This document shows positions 13,772 to 26,452 of a DNA stretch of 64,000 nt, piece by piece. The DNA lies in contig NMRA01000236.1 of the NCBI GenBank assembly GCA_002633005.1, forward strand, positions 544,968 to 608,967, given 5' to 3'. The translations under genes were made by a program, and so were the position numbers. The DNA is from Phoronis australis (lineage: Eukaryota; Animalia; Phoronida). The notes below the pieces were generated by a model. The model was given only the letters and a program-made list of their open reading frames with translations. It was not told the origin of the DNA and made no database searches. Within the stretch, counting starts at the first letter, position 1. Each line of letters opens with the position of its first letter.

Positions 13772-14693
13772 AGGCGAAGGCAACCTTTTTTCATGTCATT
13801 TTGAGCTAAAATAAGGTTGGTTGGTTATCCTAGACATATTTTCCACTTAATTACAGCTTTTCGTAATTTTGTTAATTAGTCGTCCGCTACTCCGGAAGTG
13901 ACGTTTTAGGAGGCAAGCATTTCGCGCCAATTTCTTTTCATATAGTCTGACTGTGAGAGCTGCCGAGTCAGTCGTTGTTCTACCTCGGTTGTGTTAAGTT
14001 ACGTCGTCGTTTGCTTTCATTTACTAGTCAGTCAACATGCCACACTGTTGCTGCGTACCGGGATGTACTAATTAGCGTATCACGCGCGCTTTGGGAATAC
14101 CTTAGCATCGCTTTCCGATGGATGACACACTTCGCCGTACTTGGCTCGTTCGTGTGAAGAACGCAGCGTTACCCGTCCACGCAACGTACAAAGCAGTCGA
14201 GAATTACTGTGTGTGTGGCATGCACGTTCTGCCGTCCGATTACGAAAGGGATTTGTACGCTGAACTGATGAAAGTCGCTGCGAAACAACGCCTGAAGAAG
14301 GATGCCATTCCGTCTGTGTTGATTCCCGGCAGTGCCCCGTCGCCACCCCCGAGAAGTGCGTTTTTGAAGAGAGAAGCCTCGCGAGCTGTGGCCAGTACAG
14401 TGACTGGAGCCAGTGGAGGCACTTCATCCACTGTCACCCGTGCCTCCGAACGTACCTCAGAGCGTGCCATTCCTGGAACCAGTAGTGATTCGCCCTGTGC
14501 TGTTTTCTCCAGCCCAGAGCCTCTAAGCAGCCCTGCAGCCATATTGAGTAGTGGGAGTGATTACAGGCCCAGTTCGACACCCAGTGAAGAGGACAGTTCG
14601 TCGTCCAGTTAACAGATCGGTGAGCCAAAAACTTTGATAAGTTTATTGTGGACTTGTCTAAAGTGTTGGAGCTNAAAAAGGTTGCCTTCGCCT
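13772..14693 (+). mobile_element. Kolobok-type DNA transposon, interior collapsed at N 14674
   Basis: 19-bp TIRs AGGCGAAGGCAACCTTTTT / AAAAAGGTTGCCTTCGCCT, each flanked by TTAA (13768-71, 14694-97); encloses a THAP-domain frame. Confidence 0.85.
14037..14612 (+). pseudogene. THAP zinc-finger N-terminus of the Kolobok transposase with two in-frame stops
   Basis: MPHCCCVPGCTN*RITRALGIP*HRFPMDDTLRRTW...YCVCGMH...RLKKDAIPS is a C2CH THAP with an AVPT-like box; TAG at 14073 and 14103. Confidence 0.85.
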
Positions 14694-15570
14694 TTAAGGG
14701 TAAGTGGTATAAATCAAAAGTTGTGTTTTTTTCGAAGAAGACTGGCGCGGGCCTTCCTTGAATGGGGTTGTGTTATTCCTTAGGTGAAAAGGGCTTTCCT
14801 GAGATCCGCGTCCGAGCAATACTTAAGCAACATAAGAAATCCAAAATGGGCTCCTTTTCGCGCCATATTGCGTCACTGCAATCGCCCCTTATTTTCTCTC
14901 GGAGTACACACAGATTCTAAAACAAGGACAATGCAGAGCAACAGCCGATCACAACCAATGTCAGTGACCAAAGTAATAAGTTTAGACAAGACCTGGGCTC
15001 TAGCATACAGTGACCATGCAAACGAAAATGTGAATTTGTGGATTTGGTTAAACTGAAATGCAGCTCGCCATTTAGATCAATCACAAATCAGCGGCCAACG
15101 TACTAATTAAGGTAGAAGACCAAACCACACACGTTAAAATTCACAGTCACGTTCTTCTAATGCTATCCGGCCCTGACTAAATCTGATGTCCTGCCAGGGG
15201 CTGTGGACTACTGGCAGTAAAACCGGACAAAGAGCAGGACAAAATTATTGACACAAATTAATTGAAATTTTCAGGACCTGTCTATTTCTTTATCTGGTTA
15301 CAAAACAATATATGGCCACAGATCTGTGACTATGACGCAATGTTTTTACGAATTTTGTACATCAGACATTCTAATAAGCACAGTAACTGAAGCATCATAC
15401 CATTATAGTCCAAGCTGAAACTGATCGTCTCTGGAATTCATCCAGTAATTAACGTTTACCCTGATACAAACAGATATGGCACACAACCTATGTTAAACAG
15501 GATGTCGTCACAGCGCACACTAACATTCAAGTTTCGGTCTCCAAATATATCCCAGAATGCATCTCTGTCG

Positions 15571-16068
15571 CTAATCCTTCTTGCCTCCAATCGTCATATT
15601 GTACATGGCCATGACCAGAATTCCTCCCACTCCCCCAACCACAAATCCCGTCTGTAGCGGAGCTCCCATGGCAGCTGCTACACAAGGACCAATCACAGAG
15701 CCCGAAATCCAGGCGCGGTCGACGCGCACTTGGTTGCGATTAAGACGAAGGCGGAAGGCCCGATCTAGGCGTCCATCCTCGTCTTTGTTGTAGGTTTGCG
15801 AATAAGCCAAAATAGGTCCTACGCAAAGACCGACACCACTTCCAATTATACCACCACGCAGAGCGGACGCAGATATTGCGCTGAGCGTACGTGGCCCCTT
15901 GATGGCTCTGAATGCAGGAGCAACCATCAAGCAGCCTACAAAGGCACCCATTTGGACGCTTTTGATAAATATATGTGTAAACAATTCACCGCCGGGCGCC
16001 GCTACATTTCTCATCTGATCCTCGGACAGTTTAAATCCCGCCAGGTTTTTTACGTAGTTGGAGCTCAT
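15571..16068 (-). CDS. DUF1757-like small membrane protein (165 aa, single coding exon)
   Basis: MSSNYVKNLAGFKLSEDQM...PGGELFTHIFIKSVQMGA...DRAFRLRLNRNQVRVDR with Gly-rich hydrophobic helices; an acceptor (cttcatttcAG, 16075-76) lies 6 nt before this ATG, so the first 31 aa of the track ORF are probably intron/UTR. Family recognised from memory. Confidence 0.75.
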   Translation of the reverse strand: MSSNYVKNLAGFKLSEDQMRNVAAPGGELFTHIFIKSVQMGAFVGCLMVAPAFRAIKGPRTLSAISASALRGGIIGSGVGLCVGPILAYSQTYNKDEDGRLDRAFRLRLNRNQVRVDRAWISGSVIGPCVAAAMGAPLQTGFVVGGVGGILVMAMYNMTIGGKKD

Positions 16069-17475
16069 GACGGTCTGAAATGAAGACATAACAAAAAAAT
16101 TAAAATACATGTTAGGCGCGATCGGGCGTAAAATATGCCGGCAACTTAATTTCCATTTCAAGCATTATCACCAAATGTGGAGCTCGGAATGCTGATGGTA
16201 AGGACGAGAAATGTGGAGGACGGGGTAGCGCCGTGGTTTGATTCATTAGTGCGCCATTAAAACTAGCTGTGAACATCAGCTGTCTCACACCAATTGTGAG
16301 AAAAGAAGCTTGAAATAGACATTTTCTAAGATGAATTAGTGGGATACTACACATCAAGTCATTCGTTTCTGCACACTCGGTGGTTTCACACATTTGTTGG
16401 GGAGTGCAAGACCGTCAACATTTTAAAATATGTTCATGAAGCAGTTCGTATCCACCTTCTCACAGAAAACTACCTTTTAACATATAATTTGTGTCAAATT
16501 GCAATTTCCTTAGTCTGATGGCGTAGAAGTGATTCCTTGGTGTGGAAGAACTGACCAGATTCAATAATGCGATTTGACCGGGCCAAGAGCTGAACATGAT
16601 CTCAAACCATTACGGCAGTTACTCCATTCAAAAGGCCAAAAACTGAGTGAACAAAAGTTTAAACCAATGTTGCAACGCAAAGGCGTCTAATTCAAAACTT
16701 CTTTCACAGAACACAGATATAATCAAGGGTTACAACACCCTGCATGCATGATCTTGTTTAAATGTACACACAACGAAAAGAACCAACGTCGACGTAAAAA
16801 TTCGCCTGATTTTGGTGTTTGGGCTGTACTTTTAATCCCTGGTCGTCCAGCCTTTACTTGCCAATGTCGTTTTAAACAAACTTCGAAAAACGTATTTGCA
16901 CAAAATATTTTAGGTGAAAAAACGACCGCTGGCAGCACGACCCTAGGTCAACATACGTGGTTGTTAAGTAAATACAGCTGAACTGCCCAGACTCACGGTC
17001 AAGTACCCATTTGATAACCTGGCCGCAATCTGACAGTCGGACTGGCAAAAGAAAGCGTGCATCAAAACATGTCAAACTCCAAGTTCCAAACCTTTGATTC
17101 TTGTCATGACTTCATATTAAAGTTCTTTCGTTGAAGTAATTTTGGACAAACAAAACAATTATCTTTCAATCCAATTATATGCAAAGAAGTCAATGCGCAC
17201 AGCAGGCCAACTATGTTTCAGCATTTTCTCACCTTATATCTGGGAACAACACGCTCCATTGTATTCATAGTTCTTGTGTAAAACAAAAACATAATTCTAC
17301 AAGTGGATGACACCTGCACTAATGATATACCCCAAATGAACCCTCTCAAACAGTTTCCCCGGCATCACGTCAAGATACACAGGAGTTGATGATTTGCGGA
17401 TGATAATTTTTGTCTCGACTAATTTCGCAACTTACAAGCCAATTTATATTCCCATCGTCGCAATATGCTGAAACT

Positions 17476-17630
17476 GGGCTGAGTTGCATAAAACTTCTAA
17501 AGTTATCCGCTGGATAAGTTTGATTGTTGCATGACGTCAGGTGGATTATTCAACAATAACAGCGTGGCCCGTGATAATGCGACGTCATTGTTGCTATACG
17601 GCCTCTAACTTTTATGCAACTGGGGTGGCC
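17476..17630. mobile_element. Decayed MITE
   Basis: Inverted AGTTGCATAAAA (17482-93) / TTTTATGCAACT (17610-21) with GC-rich outer ends; no clear TSD. Confidence 0.45.
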
Positions 17631-18754
17631 AAAATAATAGATTTAAATGACTAGCAAGAAAATTCCACGTTAAGAAAAATCTAAGTAACGCCATTTTTGA
17701 CACTGTTATGGAAAACATGTTGGATTCTCTCGATCCCTATATAGTGTGATTTTCATTAGAATCGTGCTCGTTGGTCCAACTTTGTCCAGAAGTTCATAAA
17801 GTCAAATTACTGAGACAACAGTGACTAAAATGGCGGTAAATGTCACGACAGCTCCCCACCCCGTAAACGTGTCAAGGTTTTATTCTCGTTGACTAATAAA
17901 CTCTAGCGATATGAGGAATGGGCAAAGCCTTAATAACTATTACACTCAAGTGAGGCCGTGCCGACATTTGGAAAAAGTGGGTCACTGCACTCTTAACTCA
18001 AAAATCGTGCAGATCTGGACACCTTGATGAAATGCAAATGGCGACCTGCAGTTTTATCCCAAAATGGCGTGGACATGAGTCAAAGCTGCTTGATTGCACA
18101 AGCAGTAGAATGCATAGTTGCATCAGCCGAGATATCCCGTTATGCGCTTCTGAGTAACCCCCCGACCCAACCCAGTCCGGGGTCAGTCCAGCATGGTGAA
18201 CGAGACGCCAGAATACAGGTGTGCCGACTTCTACTACATATGGTGCCAAATCTACTTCTTGAAACGACAGAGTTATTCCCTGTCTTCCAATAAGACTCTG
18301 ATTCGCTCTCAGTCAGTGCCCCTTATGGGTGGGCTTCATAGCCCGGCCAGTAGACCACGGTCGCCGGTCGCCGGTGCACGTCATGACGAATGCTTCCACG
18401 TTGTCACACATTTTTCTAACTTGACATATAAATACTAACTTCTTTACGAATTTCTTTTTTTCATGAAATACCCATGTGAGGACATGACTATTACTCGTGC
18501 GTTTTGCCTTTGGCCTTGTTTTTCCCAACTGAGAGAGCCCGCACAAAAGGCAATCAATTAACAACCTGCCACTATTGTCAGAGGACCAAACTTTTGTTAA
18601 CCACAGCAATCGAAGAGTCCCTGGGATAGAATTGACTCCGTGGCCGGACTCTCGAAGGCTCGGCGCAAAAGTCTCGGTTGCCGCGGGTCGGGCCCAATTG
18701 CACATGAGTTATAAGTAATGACTAGAACCTGGCCAGGAATTTACTTGACTCTCA

Positions 18755-18818
18755 ACCAACACTCGAGGTGAACACCAACACTCGAGGTGAACACCAACAC
18801 TTGAGGTGAACACCAACA
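18755..18818. repeat. 19-bp tandem repeat, 3.4 copies
   Basis: ACCAACACT(C/T)GAGGTGAAC x3 plus a partial copy. Confidence 0.9.
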
Positions 18819-21800
18819 TCAATACTCCTTTCTTTACATCATTTACGTACATGTGAACTAGGGAGCACATTTAGGTAGGTCTACTAGTACTCAATTATAT
18901 TTTGAGCCGAGGAAGTGAGCCGCCGCATGAAAAATATAGGATAGGAAATGACTACATACCGCGGCTTTTCAAGAGAGAATGGAAAAACAGGGGATGTGCC
19001 TACGAGCCTAGCATCTGTGTACTTCAATCTTATTGGAACTTGTTTGAGAAGACACCGTCGTGTTTCAACAACCTCGAAGTTATCACTGACTTCAGGGATT
19101 CACTGAGGGAAGCCAGAGTTTTTAATTTAATCGCAAGGCCAGGCAGAGCTGTGAGTGCGTGAATCGGAAGCCTTATTTTCAATTTTCTAACTGAATCCAC
19201 GCACCGAACGGACTGACCATATCCACCTCTCCTATGGGATACCCTCGGGAAGGTCATGAAGGACTGAAAGCCCTCACATAGGACGAAGTCGAGTCCTCTC
19301 CACTCAGCGCGCCTATCTGTTGCCCGAACTCCAGGGCACGAATGCCGCCGCCGGGAGAGATGCCACCAGGTTCGAGTCCCGGCCGGGGTTGGCAGGAGCC
19401 AGTCCTCTATGATCTCTTTAGCATCTTCAAGTACAGAACTAAGTAACAGTATCTTACCTTGAAACTGTCTTACAAGAACGTAGTTAATATAAGTCTCAAA
19501 ATTCTACTGATTCGACGGTTGCAGTCAAGTGTAAACAGACCAAGCCTCGTCTGTGTCCTCCTTGACCTATTTTAAGATAAAAAAAATGTGTCGCCGGTAG
19601 GATCGCAGTATATGACCTGCTTCGGCCGCCAGATTAGATGTCATAACTTGGTTTCCAAAGCTCGCCACTGATATCGTGACCAATCCTAGAGGGGCCGTGG
19701 AAGTATAGATTCTCGTTAATCTATGGTGGAAGACACATCCTGATGTCAAAGAGTGTAACATTGGGCTCTGTAATTGGAAGATGATATTTTTTTAATTCTT
19801 AACATTCCAAAAATTCATTTCGCACATATACAAGGGCCAAAAACGGAAAATATTCAATAAAATAAACAAGCACATTGCCGATGTAACCAGAAAATCCTCA
19901 GTTAATTTCTGCTTTAAAAAGAATGTGGCAATGTGCTAATCCGCTGTTCGAATTGCAGATGGTTTGCATGAGCCCCAATATTTGAAAAGTTACTGAGTGT
20001 TCAGTTTTGCAGGTGCGAACTAAAATAATGTGTTTGTGTAAGTGAAGGTGACTAGACTAACGCCATATGGTTTGTCTCCATTATTGGATTAGTTGCTAAG
20101 AGTGTGACGCAATCACGTTCTTCCCCTATTGTTAATTTCGAACACCACTACTTCTTCGCTCTTCAAGGGAAATTTTGCAATAATGGCTTCTATAGACTCA
20201 GTGTTGTAGAGCAGGGTGGAAAGTTAGGTACATGTACTGCGATTCGAGAGAAAGGTTGAGAACTATTTATAAAAGTGAATCATGTAATGAACAATCAAGT
20301 ATAAAATGCAGCTCAGCTTCAATATTACGATCAGTTTATATTCGAAAGGCATGAATTCCAGCCCTAAGACAATAGGGAACACTTAGAACGTCACTAATTA
20401 ACTTTTACGTAAGCCCGGCCACTTTTCAGTTCGTGTTAAAATGACATGTAAATTCTCAATTTAGGTTTGGTGATAATATATTCAGCCCATAAATTTCTTG
20501 TACGTTCGAACAGTTTCTCGTACTCATCTGTGCACTAAGTACTCAAATTTTGAACACGTGATTGAATACATGCCATTTCCGCATTTCATGTACAGCCATT
20601 TTTAACAACAGATCGATGATGACCCAAAAGCATGTTTTTAGTACTAATTTTCTCGACGTTTAAATTCACAAATTTGTTCCACAGTCGTAGCACATAATAT
20701 AATTTCCTTTTTATGGACAGATAATTTATTTTTATGATACCTTGAACCCACAGATCCACAGCACAAATCACAACAACTTTCAGCAGCGATGATACACGAG
20801 ACTTCATCACTGAACAGAAAAAATAAAGAGTTTGTACTTAATCACGGGAATCAGTTTCCACGAACCTTTGCCTCCTAGCTGCAGCGTAATCAAAATTTGT
20901 TGTTTAACAAAATCTAGGTCACAGCAATTCAATAATTTCATGATTTTATGTTTTTTGGGATCAGATCAAGAGCAGACAGGTAGAAATGCTGTTCTATCAC
21001 CTGTACAGTCCTATCTCACATCACCACCAAGAACACGGGTAGGTGTACCCTGAATGAAACACTTTCTTCTAGTTTAAATATTTTGAGAATTAATTCAGTA
21101 TTTATAGGACTACACGGCTGATGCACAATCGAAAGTTGGTGCTACACGAAAATTAAATAAACTTTATTGCGAAAACCTGAATGTGTTGGACCGACGCTCG
21201 TCCTGAAGTCTCTGATTGTTTGTGAAATCGCGATAGTCGAAAAAAATAAATAGTTTTTCATTTACTAGTGGTGAGAAAATGAATTAACACCAGGCAAGAA
21301 TTATACTTTTGCATCTGCCTGGCTAAAACACTAGCGCTTTCGCTGGCGTTCTGGAGCTGCTACTAGTTTCGCCACTCCAGTGAATCAACTTCGATCTCGC
21401 GCTGCTGAGGTTGCATCGCGCATGCGTGGAAATTGTTTGCATTCATTTGTTCCTATGTTGGTTCTTGCTATGGAATTCACTGTCATTAAAACTTTTCGCA
21501 ACTCCGTCATAGTTCAACCGAATTGCATATGAGCCATTTAATTAGAAAACCCTTTATAAGTTGTTGCTGGTGTCTAGGTATACCTGAAGCAAAAGATAAA
21601 TGATCTAATTCACAAGTAATTATCATTTCCCATACCTGACAAGTTTAAAAATATTTTTAATTCTAAAAACCACGAGTGTCACCAACATGAGAAGAATTAG
21701 AGTGTGTAATAGTAATGTAAAAGTAATGTAATAGTGGTGCATGTTGTCATAAACAGCAGCCATGACACGATAAACCGACTTATGGATCCTGTGTTCTCAA

Positions 21801-23526
21801 CCAACAATAAAATTATCATTTTTATCGGAGCCCCTGGAATCACCTGCAACTGGAAAGAGAATAATCTGAAATCAATTTCATAACAATAACTGGTCGAAAA
21901 TCACCCTACATACCAGCCTTGTATGGATCATAGACTGCATTGTTTCATATAATTTGATTCCATGTGTTAATCAATTAATCAATCACGGAGCCAAAAATGA
22001 CACGCACACGCAACTAGGTGTAAAGAATGGAATACAATGGGTGATTTCGAAGAAATTTACTGTACGGGCACGTTCTTATAAAAATACCAATACTCCAATT
22101 CTTCTGGCAGTTCGTCGAGCATTGTCTCTGTCTGGGTATAATTGAAGAACATTACCTGAGGTAAGACCCTTGAACACTTCCATCTGATGTTGAGTTTTTG
22201 ACAGTTTTCTTTCCCGGTTCACTTGCTTTTGTAATGCTTCGGCCATGAGACCTGTCCTCGAACCAACCTTAATAGAAGCCAGACTAGTTTCTTAAACGAC
22301 AGACAGACGCCCGAGGCAGTAATGGAGCTGACTACCATAAAATCCCAATTCCAGATAGTTCGTAAATTAATTGTTCCACATGTACATGAATCAAACATGA
22401 TGACGTCCAAAGCAGAGCAAAAATTGTGGCTAATAGGTAATTCAAATTCAAAATTCGAGGATAAAACACGGGTGTATTTTTAGAACAGCATTCATTTTGA
22501 CTTATCCGTAAAGATTTTAAAGAAGCTTCAAGAAAATCGTATCGCTTGAATCTCGCTGTATTTACTCACAATGCCGTAAACATTCGTCAGGCATATTTGC
22601 TGCCTCGATTTCATAACACTGAAATTTCACATCAAGTTATTTGTTGCTGTCTGATTCCGTTTACAAGTGTTTTCTCGGTTGCATTACTCTATTCGTCCTT
22701 CCAACGCCAACGAAGTATTACCGCTGTGATGTGGGCTGCAACTTCTGAATCAACATTTTTTACATTAAACCCGCACCTTCCGTCAACAAAATGACTTTTG
22801 ATTTTGATTACTTTCCGTTACAGAAACTTATATTACTTGTTGCTCAGAAAAGAACCGATATCAAAGCTTGAAAATCGCACTTAGTTACGGCTTCAGATAA
22901 ATTTTGTGACCGTTCCCTGTAACGGCATTTTAGTTTCAGCTGCCGAAGCAATATAGCCGTAATGGGAATTCCGACGGCGTTGAACAGAAAGAGCAAATGC
23001 GCCTTCAACGAAAATTGTCTGAACAAGCCCAAACTAATTTGTTAGGAATCAGTTACGCGTACTCGTTTTACCTTTTGATTTGAGGAGAGAACATGCCAAT
23101 GCTGCAATAGTGGTCAAGTGATGTCAGAGATACATTTTTCTTGAATGTAAATTATACTCTGATTTGCGCATACGGCATACAGTTTTTACTTAGATTCGAT
23201 GGGGTGGACGAAGCAGTATTCAGTATCTCCTAAAGGCACATGGTTTAAATAATTAAAAGTAATTGTTTAATATTTAATTAATGCTCAGAGACGTCGAAAT
23301 TAGTTTTTCATGAAAATTGATACATTCGTTTAGATATCTTGTACTCTATTTACGTGAAATATATTTACCTATTAACCACCTTAGAAATTGAGGAGCAAAC
23401 TGGCCCTAACATATCTCTAGGTATTCCATGTATCAATATATTTATGTAAATTTTAAACCGATGTGGTCTGCAAGCCACCTATTGGCCAAATCACGTGACC
23501 TGATGAATATAAGTCCGAAGCTTTCT

Positions 23527-23599
23527 GTCCCCGACCGGGACCCGAACCCAGGACCTTCTGCTACCCGTGCAGACGCTCTAGCCACTTAGCTATAGAGAC
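23527..23599 (-). pseudogene. tRNA-derived sequence (SINE head or tRNA pseudogene)
   Basis: Minus strand GTCTCTATAGCTAAGTGGCTAGAGCGTCTGCACGGGTAGCAGAAGGTCCTGGGTTCGGGTCCCGGTCGGGGAC has A and B boxes and a perfect TCTGC/GCAGA anticodon stem, but a non-canonical loop and an imperfect acceptor stem. Confidence 0.7.
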
Positions 23600-26452
23600 C
23601 ACAAGTCAATGAAACACAGATATCCAGACTTAGCAGTGGGCATCCCGCCCATAAATTCGTGAGTGTAAATATGTATGCAAACCGCAGTGGAAATGTAGTT
23701 CATATGAATTATCTAAAACCAGTGGTTTCTTCTTTCATAATTTGAAATTTGCACTCGAAATCAAACTTTAATATTCTTCTTTTGTTCGCACTCAAGGTAA
23801 AGTGCTTTGTATGATAGAGTACATTATGGTTGATGCATACGAATTTCTAAATCAAATTTCCACTTGACCACCCTTACATTCGAACCAAAAACTCGAGTAA
23901 AAACTCGAAATTTCGGGTAAAAAGTCAAACATTTTAAGTTCAAGCACAGAAATTTACACTTTATGCCAAGGTCATCAAGTTGAAACTAGGATTGGAAAGT
24001 AATTGCGTAATCTAGCATCCAATAAAGGACATTTATCTTGAGTTTTCTCAACAGTAGAATCGAAAATGTCAAAAATAAGTTCGATTTTGAGTACAAAGAT
24101 TAAACCCCGGGCCCTATTGCCTATAATTGGGTTTACCTATTTGGCGTCGCGCGCTATTATAAAATGCCAAAATGACAAAAAGTCATTAAGCAAAACATTT
24201 TTCAAATTAAGTAGTATGGTATTTGCAGTAACCATAATATTCTAGAGTTTTGTGAATTAGTAAATGTTAAAAAACAACCGCTGTTTACGACAAAAAGTAG
24301 TGGTTGGACGACTATTTACGATTTTTGTAGTACTGTGCCTAGTAACTGCCTGTAGTAGGCAATGGCTATGTTATCTCTTCTGTGATATTTAGTTGAATCT
24401 ATACTCTTGTATCGAGTTGTGTTATGTTACAAAATTGGTCATGTCAGTTGTTTTAAACCACGAAAACTACACAAATATATGTTGCTAAAAATCTTCTGAG
24501 TTCATATTTCATCCAAGGTCTCGTTTACTGACCTAAAATCGAGTTTCGAATTAACCTTCGTCGAACTCTTTTGTGCCACACGTTATGAAAAAGGCATTAC
24601 TTGTGTATTAATTTGATGTTGCAATCAAAAGATATTTACAATTTTCTGAATTTGTCTTCTTGAAATTTGAACATCCACTCGACGGATAACTTCATTCTAT
24701 AATTATGTGGATATCCGAAATCCCACTGATTTCACGACAGCTTCCCCACGTGATTTGCCTGAATTCGGACATTTCTATGATAAGGTCCCTTGCTTCACCT
24801 TCGACACGTAGTGAATCTCGAATTCCTTGTTCTCTTTGGGTTACAAAAATAACCAATCGATTAAGTTGTCAACAAGTTGCCGCAGACGACCACACTCGTG
24901 AAGAACTGAGGGTGTTACTATTATTTGGTACATCTTATTCAGTTCGCTTGCATGCCTCATTCCAGAAAGGTTTTGGATCTGGAATGTATTTTTGGGAGGC
25001 CCTATACACGTCCACTGCGTGTCAAGTAGCCTTGAAGAACGGACTTGATTCGACAGTCAGTTCTGGATTATTATTTACTTACAGCGCTTAGCCAATTATT
25101 ATACCAGGTTAAGGTAGTTTTATTGCAATGTGGTGGATTTTGGAAGTTGAAATACTTAAATGTGCTCTTTGCAACACAATTTTAAAAGTACAGACTGTTA
25201 TTTCATTGTGATCAAAATTTGTTTTGGGACATGAGCAGATCAGAAAGTACTTCTTGGAAAGCTGACGTGAATAGAAGGAAAATCGAATATAGTTTACAAG
25301 TTTGGAAAAGCACGGGAATCTAAAAACTCATCATTACTTAAGTGATAAGGCTGTGAAAAATGGAAATCTTGGCACACACTGGTACCATTAATTGTCATCG
25401 TATCAGTGTCCGTCTTATCAACGACAGTCATACTTTTTAATAACACGTGATGGAAATCGTCCGGTTCTTAGAAATGAATTTTTGAAGAAATTGATAAACG
25501 AAGGCCAATTGGTCTTCGATTCTTTAAATCCAGGTTCATTCTTCGTGCCAAGTACTTGTGCAGCGATCAACGTTACACGGCTTCTGTTGAAAGGTATAGA
25601 ATTCATTTTTACCTTCTCGCCGTTCTTTGTTCGTATTCATGTCTTAAAGCATACTTAGTCTTCTTTGTTTTACAAGTTCAATGTCTTCTTCCCTCTCAGT
25701 CTCGTTTGTCTTCATTTTTTGAGGCTGAGGACAGGGGCATCACGGCCAATGTATGGGTTTACGTTTGGGGGGCGGGGCACTTTTTTACAGGGATAACCTC
25801 CAGTTCTTAAAATTTTTTGCAAAGTTTTATCGCTTGCAGGTTCTTGAAAACGGACATTTCTCCATGCTAGTAAATCTCATATACACAAAATAAACAGGGC
25901 AAGGTTATTAGCGATTTAAATTAAAGAATAAACTTTCTAGGTGATGGTGTTAATTAATTTATAAACTGATGCTGTTTTGATTAAAGCCGCTCATTTCCTG
26001 TGTTCTGATGCAACATGCCATCGCCCCCTGACGGAGGAGGCTCTGATGATAGAATCTATAGCTTCTCTGTTCCTGTTTTTCATTAATGGTATATCTTTTC
26101 ATTTTAATGGGCCACTGGTGGGACAAGACTCCCTGTTAGAGGGTTTCCGGTCATGGCATCTTGCCGTTTGTTTCAATCTGTGAAATTTTATATTTTGCCA
26201 TGATAAGGGTGTACCCTTAAAGAGACAAATTTGACAATCACTGACATGTGCGAATGCAGATGAGTTCAAATAAAAGTTGGAGTCTGGATCATGCATAGGT
26301 TTCAACAAACTGAAATTAGGTTTTGACTTGGACTGAACAATTATGGTAACACGTGAGGAACAGAATTCGGCAACGATGTACGAGTTGGTGCACCACGTTC
26401 ACATAACGTGCGACAAGGTTGATAATTTCCGCTTCGTCACATATTACTCATT

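Noticed and set aside
17990-18300. Possible transposase fragment (piggyBac or hAT-like phrases)
   Set aside because: Resemblance covers only a few residues in different frames; not supportable without a search.
19240-19400. Hammerhead-like stretch (GGACTGAAAG...GGACGAAGTCGAGTCC) and a B-box GGTTCGAGTCCC
   Set aside because: The catalytic core lacks CUGANGA and GAAA; no matching A-box or cloverleaf. Probably a SINE remnant that I cannot define.
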